The notes: a model not told the origin generated them from the letters alone. A DNA stretch of 64,000 nucleotides from Macrostomum lignano (GCA_002269645.1 NIVC01003273.1:1-64000), one strand, 5' to 3'; positions 37,442 to 50,689 are shown, counted from the stretch's first letter. Translations and numbers: made by a program.

Positions 37442-38509
37442 TGAGACAGTTGATTTGTTTAGTATGTTCTGTGTGCCTCAATAAAGTTTATATATTCTGT
37501 CTATTCCTTCTATAGCTCCTTTTTAATGTTTGAAATATTCTTAAAATAGTTCTAATAATAGTATCATGCTGAATATATATATATTTGCGCTAATAAGTTC
37601 CTATTTTTGCTCACTTACAATCTTCTAACCATTTCGAGATGTAATATTTGTTTATAATTGTCCGCCATTTTTATTATTTTTGCTATATAAAGAAGCTAAA
37701 TATATGGATAGAGGAGCAACTTGCCTGCATCCTGGCAATCTGACTTACCGCCTTCTAGCTATTAGACCTTAGTGCCGCCTTGTTCTAAAAATAGCTATTG
37801 AGTCAGACTTGGTTCTTTAAAGGCAAACAGTCACCCCTCTACCCCTATACTCCTCTCTTGAGAGTGTACAACCCCATCCCTTTCTGGCGAATTGTAACCC
37901 CCCTTCTCATCCCAAGCCGAATAGGCGTACAGCCTCTCCCTACTCCCAGACCCCTCAATTTGATAGAGTGATCAGCCAACTCCCCAACCAGGCTCTCTGT
38001 TTGCCCTGGCTTTAACTCCCACATCAGGCATACTGCCTTCTTATCCCACTAGGCCTATTGCCTAAGTTATCTATATACTTCCCACATCAGGCATATTGCC
38101 TCCTTACTAAGGCTAAAATTCTAGCCTTCTTTCATTCCTAGATCAAGCATATTGCCTTCTTAATTCCCCATCTGGATACTCCTTGATGCCAGGCATTCCC
38201 TGCTGAATATTAGAGTTCCCCAGTGCGCTAATTTCCTCAGGCAACTCAAGTCCACCGCGAAGCCCTTAATCACCCCCTTTTCTACCAAAAACAGCTGGAC
38301 TGAGTAAAAAAATTAGTGTCTTGCCACTCGGACACACCACGCCACCAGGAGCAACCTATGGCTTACTCCTATTAGTAATATAAATTGCGCAGTCCCCCCC
38401 AAATTCTAAGAAAACCCTGAAAATTCCCAATAACCCCTGACCCCCCCCCCTATGACAAATTGATAGCTAAGTGGTGGGATTTTAGTCAACAAGAAATAAC
38501 CCTATAACA
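37442..38509 (+). repeat. 3' LTR (1068 bp)
   Basis: Direct repeat of 27751-28814, preceded by a weak purine-rich tract AAGCCAGGAAGA. Confidence 0.95.
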
Positions 38510-40182
38510 GATTGCCCAATTTTGGCTTTTCATATATGTTGTTGGGTAAGTTTGTAGAGAGCTAACTTTTATGCTTAATGTATATAAGTATTTAGTATGC
38601 TACTAGGCATCTAATTAGCACTAATAGATTTAAGCATTATCATTTAAACTATCTGCTTTGATATATTCTAATCTTATATTTTAGGAGACCTACAGTCTAA
38701 CCAACTAGAAAATAAGTTTTTAATGTATAGACAAGGAAATAGTGGCTATTACTATTTCTTTGTTGATTAGATTTTTGCTAGCACGAGGCTATGCTATTTC
38801 TAACTTTATAGTCACCTGCATGGCAATGTCTCAGAGCATACACAGTCTAACTATTTTTAGAAAATTATAATAAAAATCATGAGAATAAGACTACAACTCA
38901 AAGTCCACCATAATATCAGCTATTTGCCATAAAAAATGCTTTGTTATAGGCCTACTTCATTTATGGTTATGGGTATATTCTTGCTACAAGAAGTTGCCAA
39001 GGGAAACATGCCTTTAGCTCATACATGTGCAACCCAACTGATTTACACTGGCCATGCAACTTTTTGACTAAAAATGCAACTTACCAGTGAAAAAAAACCC
39101 TAGACCACATAAATGCAATTTTGGGTAAATGGTAGAACTATAACTGTCTTACAAGGGCTAAATGCCTTATCTAATTAGTACTGTCTGTATTCTTTGGGGT
39201 GGGCATTTTTGCAACTTACCCTTGGTCCACCACAATTTATGGTGGCCAGATCAGCCAGGTTGGCCTGCAGTTGTGCATGTATGCTCTAGCTACTAGGAAC
39301 TACTTTATTTGTTTGTGTATATTTTATTCCCATAATAAGTTTATACTAATTAAAGTCAATAAACAGAGTTTAAGCCGCATAACAATTTAACATATCTGTA
39401 AGGTTGCTAGGACATCACAAAGTTACCTAATTTTACTCCAATATTTTGGAGTAGAGTATCATTTATGGCAAAAAATATTTAAAATCCGCTTTATAGCTAC
39501 AAAGATTTGTACAAATTTTGTTTAGGAGCAAAGAATCTATACAGCATGTCAATTTAGTTGATTACAAAATTTTGTGACACTTTAGATACGTATTTAAAAT
39601 AATCAAAAACTATATATTTCATATGTCCAAAAGAGTTAGCTTTGTGTTGGCATGGCAGCAGTGGGCTATCTTTAGAATATTAAGTGTTTATGCCAAAAAA
39701 TGCACAAATTACTTGGATAACCCTATATGATGCAAAATTTTAAAGCTCTAAGCTCTAAAAGTAGCAGAACTATTTTTGTTCAATTACATGTTAGGTGTTC
39801 CTCACAGAAATTCAATTTTAAGCATTGCATATTAGATCTAGACCATGCTTGTTCTCTAGCTCTGTCAGTCCTAAGGTTGACTGTGCTCAGTAGAAGTTTA
39901 GTTTATTTAAGGACTGGGGTACTAATAGATGACTATTGATCAACATCACTTTTACTAACTGTGCTCTGCGTAAAGATCACTAATTTAGCCCGATTTAACT
40001 TATTCAATGTTATTAAGGCCTAAGCTAGCTTAGTCTAATTTACGAAATATTGGGCCTAGGCATTTGTGGTCGTTATTTGGCTTGCTTGCCAATAAATTAA
40101 TATATACCTATATTTTATTAGCTGAGTATGCATGGTCTAGACTCTGGTCTTTGACTCTTAGACCCTTAGGGATTCTAAAGTA

Positions 40183-40371
40183 GAAGTGCTTATCCCCATG
40201 GTCCCATGCTAATAATTCCAATTTTATCCACATAGACATTGTTTCTATATTTTATAAACAATAAAATAGGCCCACTATACTAATAGCAGGTAGGGATAAG
40301 CACTTCCTTCTAAAGTATTAAGTTTGGGCCTGAGGTGCTATTAGTATAGTGGGCCTATTTTATTGTTTATA
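40183..40371. repeat. Two interleaved perfect inverted repeats (14 bp and 36 bp)
   Basis: 40183-40196 pairs with 40293-40306, and 40253-40288 pairs with 40336-40371. Confidence 0.9.
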
Positions 40372-40714
40372 TATACTGCTAGGTTGACCTATTAGCTAAG
40401 CTTAATAAAAATATATTAAGTATTAAATCCAGTCAGTTAAATTAAAAAATGTGGGCAATTTTTGGTTTCTTGTTCTAAGTAACCTATGGCTATATAATGT
40501 TATAGTGTATAGGTAGGCCCTATAGTAGGCTTTTGGCTTGCATTCAAACAAGAAATATGCCCCCCTAATAGTTTAGAAATTAAAAAATCTTATTGAAGTC
40601 CTTTATTAATTTGTTCTTAAAAATGTAATTTTTTTATTTATTTTATACTATTTTAAATATAACAACAAAATATAAATATATCAATTATTTTATCAAAATC
40701 ATCATTCATATATA

Positions 40715-41989
40715 CCGGGTGTTGCAAAAAAAACTTGACACTTCTAATTCCCTATATAAATAGGCCTATATAGCATCAATACCAGATATTTTATAGTCAT
40801 TTCGAAGTGCTCTTTCTAAGCATTCATTTGCTCTTACAGCGAAGCCAATTGCATCTGCACAGTCTGAAATGGAAGCAAGAAGGCACAGAGTGTCGACCTT
40901 ACTGGACGCGGGCATGCCTGTGGCGCAGATTGCCAAGAGCATTGGCATCAGCCGGCAGGTAGTCTATGACATCAAAAGGCGACTGGATGACGGCAAAGGG
41001 CTCGAAAGACAGCCAGGATCGGGCAGGCCTCCAAAACTCGACTTGGCCGAAGTCAGGCAGATTTTCGTGGACAACCCAATGGCCAAAATGTCCGAGGTGG
41101 CCGAGGCGGCAGGTGTTAGCAAATCAACAGTCTCTAGAGCTGTCAAGAGTGCTGGAGGCACTTCCCTTCGCCAAGTTGAGCGGCCACTGCTGTCAGATCA
41201 GCAGCAGCAGATACGATTGGAGCGGTCCAAGAAGTTGCTTAACAACTTGAAAAGCTTTGGCGGTCGCATTCTGATTTTCTCGGATGAGAAGACATTCAGC
41301 ATCGATCCCGTGTTCAACCGGCAAAATGATCGATTTGTCAGCTTCAGCGAGGAGGATCGAGCCCGCCGGTATGTTTCCACCACCAAGCATCCGGCCTCCG
41401 TGATGATGCTCGGCGTCGTAGCCTCCAGCGGTGACGTCATGCCTCCTGTTTGGTTCTCGCAAGGTTATCGCCTAAATGCGGCCGACTACAAGGCAGTTCT
41501 ACAGAAGAAAGTGCTCCCATGGATCACTTGAGTCACTAAGGGGAAGCCTTATGTGTTCCAGCAGGACGGAGCACCTGCACACACGGCTATCACTGTGCAG
41601 AGCTGGATGGCACAGAAGATGTCGTTTTGGGACAAATCGTTTTGGCCACCCCAGTCACCAGACCTAAACCCGCTGGACTTCGCCATTTGGGCGCGTGTAG
41701 AGTCTGAGGCCTGCGCTATGCGACATCCAAGCGTTGAGGCGCTCAAAGCCAGTGTGTCTGAGAAATGGACGAACATGCCGCCCAATTTCATAATCAGTGT
41801 GTGCTCCAGCTTCCGGTCACGCCTGGAGAGAGTTGTTTCGGCCAACGGCGGCTACATTGACTGAACATGTGCTACTCATGCCTATGTTTATATTTAATAG
41901 CTTTTTACTTGGTTTTAATCATGCTTGCCTTTCTAGGGGGCCTTTGTTTTTAGTAAACAGATTTGTCAAGTTTTTTTTGCAACACCCGG
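40715..41989 (+). mobile_element. maT-like Tc1/mariner transposon (DD36D), 1275 bp, with a single nonsense codon
   Basis: Perfect 26-bp TIRs CCGGGTGTTGCAAAAAAAACTTGACA and TA TSD. Transposase 40869-41864 is in one frame except TGA at 41529-41531. Motifs FSDEK, QQDGAPAH, WPPQSPDLNPLDF. Confidence 0.96.
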
Positions 41990-42249
41990 TACCTAACTAA
42001 ATATTTTTCCAGGTTACTTTCACAATGTAATGCCTCCAAAGAGAAATATGCCAAGATTGCTAAGCAACTAATAAAGCTTAGTTTAACTACTACAAATTCT
42101 AGCAACTCAAGCATTTCATCAAGTGACAAAAAAGATTATCTAATTGACTTATCATTCCAAGACCAAGATTAAGATAATGATATTGACCATAATGAAAATG
42201 TTTCTATTGATGTTGATCATGAATCTTTTAATTACTTGATAATGAATAT

Positions 42250-42455
42250 GGCCTAATGCTTTTAATATTTCTTTGTGAATGCGCCCTAATGCTTTTAATT
42301 ATTTCTTTGTGGATGCGCCTTTATACTTTTAATTATTTCTTTGTGAATGCGCCCTAATGCTTTTAATTATTTCTTTGTAAATGCACCTTAATGCTTTAAA
42401 TATTACTTTGTGAATGTACCCTAATGTTTTTAATTATTTTTTGTGAATGCACCCT
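42250..42455. repeat. 34-bp degenerate tandem repeat (about 6 copies)
   Basis: Unit ATGCGCCCTAATGCTTTTAATTATTTCTTTGTGA. Confidence 0.85.
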
Positions 42456-42483
42456 AATATACAAGTGTAAACTGTCTTTTTGT

Positions 42484-42668
42484 CAGTGGCCAGTCAGGGG
42501 GGCAAGGGGCCTGGGCCCCTCAAAATTTATCCCCCCAAAAAAATTCCTGAAAAAAATTGCCCCTCCACCTGAAATTCTAGAGAATTGAAAAACCCGCTCT
42601 CCTATACCCTTCCTCTGGGTAGATGCTGAGATCCCCCCTCCCCAAAAAAAATTCTGGCTGCGCCACTG
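42484..42668. mobile_element. hAT-type MITE (185 bp)
   Basis: CAGTGGC...GCCACTG termini and a perfect 8-bp TSD CTTTTTGT (42476-42483 and 42669-42676). Confidence 0.85.
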
Positions 42669-44285
42669 CTTTTTGTTGAACTTTTTCTGCTCATTAAATC
42701 TAAACGTAAACAAATTGGTTATTTTTATTTTTGACTTAATTTGCACTGGTAGATTATATTTTATAATTAGAGTTTTATATTTTTAGTAGGCCCATATATT
42801 CTATATAAGCCAAGATTACTTTACATTGATTGAGTAGGCCTATATAGGATTTCTTAATCAATTACGCAGTCAGAAAAAAGTAGGAATGATAGATTGCACC
42901 CAAGTGCATACATTAATACATCAAATATATACATGTGTCGGAGCATTAATCTATTAATCTATAATCTATTAAAAGGCCATTAAATATTAAATTTAGTATG
43001 CCATGCAGAAAAGCAGAAAATTATCCCTATGGCCCACAGTACCAATGAAATAAGATAGAAATTAGACTATTCCTAGGCCTATAATACTATGGGGATAAGC
43101 ATTGCCAAGGCTCTTAGGCCTAAGCTTAGTCTAAATATCATATCATATCAAAATATTTTAATATAGGAAAGGGAAACTGAAAGATTGGCCAATAGATGGA
43201 ATGGTACATAGAGCAATAGGTAGGCTAGGAGTGATAGATTGAGTGTTGAGCAGTAGATAAAAGCTAAGCCTGGAGGCTAGAGCATTTTCTAATGCATTTC
43301 TGATCATTTTGGCCACAGATATCATTTTCTACCATGGCGATGTTGCAGGCTTGTAGCACCAATACAAACTTGAAAATAATATTAGAAAACAAACTGGAAG
43401 AATACCATAACTGCATGATATCATAGTCACTAATACTTAAGTCATATAATTTTATTGCAAGTGTAATTCAAGTGACTTTTGAGTTTTTTGAGCTCTTAAA
43501 CCTAAGATGAAATTTTTTTAAAAGTGCCAAGATCTTGACAATCTAGGGGCCTTTTCATATTGCTTTTTCTGGTTCCAGAATCAGAACCAATTTGTGAAGT
43601 ATAACTTTTTGTCTCCATAACTAGAGGGAGATATATGCTATAAAGTTTTTATTATTGAATGACAATCGCCAAGAAGAAAGTGAAAAATTGTGCAAAGTGA
43701 GGCTGTTAAGGCAGTCAAACATTCAACAGAATTAAATAGTTATACTGCTATATTTCTTGGAAGATCCGAACCGATTCTGATTCTGGAATTGGTAATATGA
43801 AAAGCCTCTAGATCGAGATCGAGATCTTGTCCGACAACTAGTACGAGTAGCAACAAAGATGGCTAGGCCTAGAAGTCGAAGAATAGGCCTAGGCCTAAAG
43901 CCTACCTAGCCTAGCCCTGGCCCTACTAGGCAAGCAAGCTCAATAATTTAGGAACTGAGCAGCAGAGTTGAGTTGTTAGGCCTATGATGAAGGCCTAATT
44001 AAATTGACTTAGAGCCATAAATTACATACATAATGAAGATTGCTGTGTCTCACATATCATAGGCCTAGTTTGTACTCGTGTCTGTAGGTTGAACTTCCAA
44101 GTAGTTCTTGCCTTTCAGTCACGGTCAATGGACGAGCTACAGCGATCAATATTTTTTTTTTTTAGTAGTAGTAGTAAGTTGGCTCAGGCAAGAAGCCTGT
44201 TTGGCCAATATATTTCTATGTATTTAAGATTGCTTCAGGAATAGGAGACAATATTTTAGCACTAGTTATTTAATTATGATTAGTA

Positions 44286-47022
44286 GGGTCGTTCTCAAAG
44301 TTTAGTCGTAAGCAGTGAAACAAATATTTTTGAAAATCAGCCTGAAATATTGAATCTTTTCTTATTTTAGCTCTAAAAGGACTTAAAAAATATATGCCTC
44401 TCATGGGTCTTAATCTTTTTTAACATTGAACTTTTGATGTTAATCTCATCAGAGTGCGCTATTTCATTTTTCGATATATATTTTTATTATCGCACGAGTT
44501 ATAATACCCACTTTAGAGAAGCTACATTCTGTTCACGTGGTCTTATTAAAGAAGAAAATTGATAAATGTTATTTATAACTTTGGTTAGCACAACCTAGAA
44601 CCCATTTAACTCTTTCGATTGCAAAGCAGATGTTGCTATTTCGATTTTTGCTAGAAACGTAACATTATGAATGATAAAAAAATCCACTTTTAATTAATTT
44701 GTTCTGTTGATAGAATACGCTAATAGCTGCGTTTTCTGCTGTTTTTTAAGAAAGATAGTCATATCTAACACTAAAGTATCAATTAAGGCAGTTTCATTCT
44801 ATATTAAGAAAGAAAAGTTAAATAAATTCAATTTTAAGTTTTTTTCAATAGCACAAAATTAACCTAACAAAGAGAGATTTCGCTGACTACAACAAAGCAA
44901 GTAGCACCAAAGTTATTTTAATTTAAAGTCCTCATCTGTGGGATGAGAAAAAGTACCACTTTTTTGTCTCTAGTTATGAAAAAAAATTTTCTCAGCACAT
45001 TGTTAGGTTTTTTGGATGTTTTTTTATGTACGCTCGTAATTTAGATGAATTTTTGCTATTGATCACCCAATATGTTAGTCAGAACAAACAGAATTTGATT
45101 TATGTAGATAAAATTGACTTTTTTTCTCTTAAAAACAGTCGTTTTTTGTTGTTTTCACACAATTTTTTCAACTGATTTAAAATTTGTATTGTAAGTTACA
45201 AGTAAACATAATGAGTCAAAACAAGAGTAGAAGAAAGTAGTAGAAAGTAGTAGTAGAAGAAAGAGAGTAGTAGAAACTGAAAAGAAAATAAGAGTAACGA
45301 ATAATAAAAAAGTTGCATGATTTGATTAGTCAAGAAATAGTATTAAAACAATTTTGTATCTGATTTATTATCAATGAAATTAGCTGTCTGAAGCACAAAA
45401 AATTAATTTTTTTGAAACATTAAATTCATTCTCATATGTTCTGCAATTCATTAAAGATATACATGTAGCAACTTAAACATTCAGTTGATACTTTCCACCT
45501 TTGGATGCATATAGCTACTAACAAGAAAAAAGACAAAAGAAAAAACTTAATTGCCATTGATGCTGGCAATGTAATATTAAATATGGTACAGAAAGATGGA
45601 ATCTCTACAGAGAGTGCTGCCACACGAATTTTTGAAGTGTTTAACAGATAAGTCATGGCAGTACCATAACAGACATACTATATTTTATATTACTCTTCGA
45701 TTGACAATTACGCTTTAGATATGTTTTAGATGATGATTTTCCATTGGGACTGACTCTATATACCGAGGCCAGACACAGTTAAGTGCGGCTGACAGCACTG
45801 AAGCGGCGGTTAACAGAGAATGCGATGAGCTGTGGCCTGTGGAGACAGCCAGCTGATGTACGAGCATCAGTAGAAGGGAAAGACATCCAATAGTGTCTTG
45901 CTATTGGTTTGTTACATGTACAGCGAACATCTACTTTTATTCTAATGTGATCGATTTAATTCTACTGACCCAATTGGCTAAAGCACTGTAAACTGCACAC
46001 CTCTCGGACGGATATGTAATGCCATTTGCTGCACTTTTACCTGTTTCTCTGCCAGAACACCAGCATCATTGTATGTGCCACAATGCTAAGATGTGCAGTG
46101 GTCCTTTGGGTGTGGTTAGTTCTGCAGGCATCGACGTAATTTATCAAATGAGACGAATTGTATACCGAGCATTACAGCTAGTGCAGGGCCAGAATCGATT
46201 ACAGAGGTTCGCCAGAGCAATTGCAGTGATCCATGTGGCTGCCGAGTCAGACGTCTGTAATAGGCTAATTAACTTACCAAGACCAAAGTATTTAATTTAA
46301 ATTTATAAGCTGTTCTTTTAGTAGTTATGCAGCCTAATTACATAAGAAAATAGTATAGTAAAATAGTAAAATAGTATTAAAGCTATGTTGCAGAATATAA
46401 ATGCTTGCTGAAGTATTTTTTTTTTAAAACGCAAGTCTGTTCGAAAAAAGATACATGCATTTTAGGTTTTAAAAGAAATGGCTTCCTAGCTCGTTTACTA
46501 TATATATTCTAATTCAAAAAAACTTTTAATGCTTTAAAAGACATATTTTGCAAGCCTAATTTTTAGCTAAACCAGTTTTGTATATTTTAAGCTTCATATT
46601 TCGGTGTTTAAGTACAATAATTAAGTTCTTGAGTGGTACAATATCAATTATTTCGGGTGTTTCTTGTTACGCGATAATTTTAAATACAAGCAATTTATAC
46701 GAAAAAAACAAAATGTTGATTTAAAAATAACATTTTCTATTGAAATAATACTTATTAAATAGTAAACATAGAATAAAAGATGTATCTAATTCATAAAAAA
46801 ATAAAAGAAAACTTGCATTATTTCACAATTTTTGGTCGTTTTATTTTCCGTTGCGAAAAATAACAAATTGCTAGATTTCGTCTTAAATATTTGGTTTCTT
46901 GTGGTTTTAACGGCAGTTTTTTAATTAAATTGACGAAAGAATCGTTTTTGCAAAATAATTACTTTATTCAAAAACTTTTTTTTCTGTACCAAAACATCAT
47001 GACCTTAATTTGAGAACTACCC
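44286..47022. mobile_element. Candidate 2.7-kb decayed TIR element (Sola-like is a guess)
   Basis: Termini GGGTCGTTCTCAAA vs GGGTAGTTCTCAAA (18/24 when extended); AGTA direct repeat on both sides; no transposase recognised. Confidence 0.4.
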
Positions 47023-47284
47023 AGTACGAGTTTTGCAAAATGGTATTTGAAAGAACGCGGAAAAGTTATTAACGATACTTGGACGACTAACGAAGCGAAA
47101 GAAAAAGCAAGGAGTTAAAAAAAGTATTGCAGTTAATAAAAGTAAAAACGAAAGAAAAATGAACAAAAACGAACTTCGAAGGGACTTTACGTTAAGCGAA
47201 TGACGACGATTTAAATAGGTATTAGATAGGAAACTAATTAAATACTAATTAAGTGCTAATTAAGTAGGAAATTAAAAATGGGAA

Positions 47285-48370
47285 AGGCGGATTTATTTCA
47301 CTGCTGATATGTCTGTTTCAGTTTGCATAACTGTTTTAGCTATTCATGACTTCATATATTTTAGCTACACCAGTGAGCTCTTTTCTGACTCTTTTTTCAT
47401 TTGTAGCATATCCTAACTTGTGTACTTGCTTGTCATTTAGGAGGTACTGACAGAAGTATTTTTTTCTGAACTTTTCGGTTTGTGGACATTCGGTCAAGTA
47501 GTGTAGGATATCGGAACCATTTCTCGCTCCACACAGTCTACATGGTTCATGAGAGAAAATGTTGGGTGTAATTTCGCATTTCAGTTTTAGGAGGGTTGTT
47601 AGGAATTTTTTGTTTCTAAAAGTGCATGGAAAGTAATCTGAAAGGTCAGGCCTGCAGATTTTTTTGTAGAGATAGGCGTTTTTATAGAGTTTAATATGTT
47701 GCTGATTCTCTAGCTTTTGGCTAAGTTCTCTTTCTCTGTGTATCTTGAGGTGCTTTTTCACTAGGTATTTCTCGTTATTAAAGCTTTGGGAAAGTTTATC
47801 TTCAGTTAGTGCTTTTAAGTCTATACTTTCCAGTTTCTTTAGTATATTTGTTTTCCATGGATTTTTTTGGCTGGTGTTTGAGTAGAAAATTTCTAGTGTC
47901 GTTTGGCAAAGTTTTTGATGTCTAATCTTCAGCCAGTAGGTAAGATAGGTTTTAGCAATTCGTTGGGAGATTGGAGTAAGCTCAAGTTCTGATGATATCA
48001 CACTGTTGCTATCAAATTTTGGTAGATTGAGGAGATATTTGTAGAATTTCAGCTGAATGTTATCAATAGCTTTTGTTTCAGAAATGGTAGCCAGAGGGCC
48101 CCAGAGCTCACAGCCGTACGTGATAACGGGGGTGACAAGCGCGTCGAATAGTCTGCGAATGAGTGTGATGTCCAGGGACGTATTTTTTACCTTGTGGAGT
48201 AGGGAAAACATAGCTGAATAACCCTGCTTAGTTTGATGTTCAATACATTTTTTAAAGCTGTTTTTTGGTTCAAAAATAATTCCCAGGTATTTAAATTCAT
48301 TTACTTCCTCTATTTCTTGGTTGTCGTAGATTATTTTTGTAGCAAAACTTTCTGTGTCATTTTTTTATAT
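47285..48370 (-). mobile_element. 5'-truncated non-LTR retrotransposon (end of RT plus C-terminal CCHC)
   Basis: The frame is open for about 340 codons: EIEEVNEFKYLGI, LFDALVTPVITYGCELWG, CRLCG...HYLTECP; AATAAA near 47295. Confidence 0.9.
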
Positions 48371-48689
48371 ATATATGTCAACCCGGAATAATTAAGATAT
48401 CTGAAAAGCTAGCAAAACAAATTATTTAACGTTTGCTATCTCTACATATAAAACTTTAAATCACCTTTTGCACAAGACACCTTTTAAAAATTTTAAAACA
48501 CTTTTTAAAATGTTAATTACATCAAGTTATTTTTTGTCAGTTACTGTATGCTTAGGCTTTTAACTGTGTTACTTTATTAGAACACTTGTTTAATTTTTCC
48601 TTAATCTTAAGCGTACGAGTACGTCAGTAAGACGTACGAGCTACCCAGCAAGGCAATGGCTACACTTCCGTCACCGGAACCCCCTTTCC

Positions 48690-48913
48690 AACAGCTATGG
48701 ATCCGGCAGTGGCATTGTAATATAGCAGAAACATAACATTTTTTCACAGGTGGCGGATTTTGCGATTTTGTTCTGGTTTAGATTCACTGATTCAAGACGA
48801 TATGATGAGATTCGAAATGAATATACTTCAAATATTCAGACTTCTTGAGTAGTTATGTTTTTCGTAGTATTTTTCATATACCTCCTTATGGCACTGTCGG
48901 ATCCATAGCTGTT
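48690..48913. mobile_element. MITE with 26-bp TIRs
   Basis: AACAGCTATGGATCCGGCAGTGGCAT vs the reverse complement of the right end (24/26). Confidence 0.65.
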
Positions 48914-50689
48914 AGGTTCTGGTGCTGGTAATGACTGGTATTGACTGGTGCCGATAATGAAGTTATGACTATATGTGTCGTAGGGCTCTTAATTATTCCT
49001 TTTGCTAGCCTTACTAGCTGCCACCAAAGTTGTAATAAAGCTATTTCTCCTTAACAATTCTACTGGTTATTAATTGTCTTTCTACTGGTAGCGCATGTAC
49101 TTCTATCGGTAGCGTATGTACTTCTATTGGTAGCGTATGTACTTCTATTGTACTTTCTAGCCTGAGCGGTCTAATAGCACTGTCTATTCTATTCCTATGC
49201 TTCCCCTAATATTATTCTCTCAGTCCTGGGCGTTCCCTGGATCAGAGGGTCACAGCTTATGCTCTTTCTCTGCCCTGAGGCGATCTTCTCTCGTTATGAG
49301 GCGGTTCTCCTGCCCTGAGGCGAATTTACAATTTACTGCCCTGAGGCGGTTTCTCGCTTGTAGCGGTTTCTGATACTCCCAATTGGGGTTCTTATACTCT
49401 AAGAAATGATTAAGTCTTTAAGCGATTTCAATATTTAGAATGAACTAAATTTGCTTATCGAAAACCGAGAGGCAGCAAACGGTTGCTTCCTCAAGTCTGC
49501 TCAGCGTGTCTATTTATACCCAAAATTCGTTATAGTTTAAACAAAATAATAATTGCAGAAATATTTTTGCAAACCACAACATTCAAACAAATATTTCGCG
49601 CAGATTTGAATAAAGGTTTTTCTAAGAAAGGCAAACATAAAATGAGTAAAATTTAAAAGTATTAGAGCTATTATTAATGCCTGTCTCATATGTTTTTGTG
49701 ACCTGCATGAGTATTAAGTTTTGCAAAATATATTGCTCAAATTTTGAAAATCCTACCTTAAATTTGAAATTGCATGTCAAATTTGAAAATTTTACAAAGA
49801 TGCAGACTAAATAAAAAAATAATTTTGTTGTCATTGACACTTCAACACGTAACATTACTATATTTATTTGATTTCCACTTGCTTTAGTTAGCAGGCTAAA
49901 TTTGATTTTCTTGTTGGAATATTGCATTCTATTTTGAAGTCTTGGTATAAAAAAACACAGTTTTAAATCTTACATTTTATTATACAAGGAAAATTTTAAA
50001 TAAATCAACAAATTTAAATACTTAAACTCTTAGTCTTAGCTAGATTATATATTTTTTTATAAAATAGGACAGTTCTTGTTTTTATAACTAATATATATTA
50101 AACAACATATTTCTGTCAGTTTTTGTTTCATTTCATTCAAGGGGCATTTTGCATACATAGCCTAATCAAAATAAAAATGTTAATAATATGTACTAAATGT
50201 TTAGCCTTTATTTTGTTAGCTTTCTTGGAAAGACCTTAAAAGCAATAATTGTATATTTACATGCAGTTATTGTAAATAACTTTCACTCATGGAGTAGAAT
50301 ATGCATATATTTTGACTAGCCTTTTTAACTATTCTATTAAATCTACATTCGAACTTTTCTTTCAAAATTACTAAGTATTGCTTTTAATTTAGTACAAATT
50401 TATCATTTAGCTTACATGTTATTGATACAAAAGGAAATACAAATGAAAAATGTATATTTCATATAAATAAATAGTAAAATAGAATAAAATAAAATAAAAT
50501 AGAATAGTTTAATCATTCAATTATTGACTTAACATAAAAAAGTTTTTTTTCAATTTAAAAAAAAATCCAAAAATGTTCAAGTGTAAAAAACCTTTTGCTT
50601 TTGATTCATTACGAACATCTTTTCTATTTTATTTCATTCCAGCATCAGCAACTGCTGCTTAAAGCAACCAAGTTTTTGTTGTAAAAGTA

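Larger units (their letters stand above)
27751..38509 (+). mobile_element. Ty3/Gypsy LTR retrotransposon, full length, decayed
   Basis: TG...CA LTRs, 4-bp TSD GATT (27747-27750 and 38510-38513), PBS, and domain order gag-PR-RT-RH-IN. Confidence 0.97.

Noticed and set aside
41529-41531. Programmed readthrough or selenocysteine at in-frame TGA codons (also 36911)
   Set aside because: CGA-to-TGA decay in transposon copies is a simpler explanation, and no SECIS was recognised.
42010-42250. Acidic MPPKR-like start of a transposase
   Set aside because: It is too short and decayed to support any assignment.
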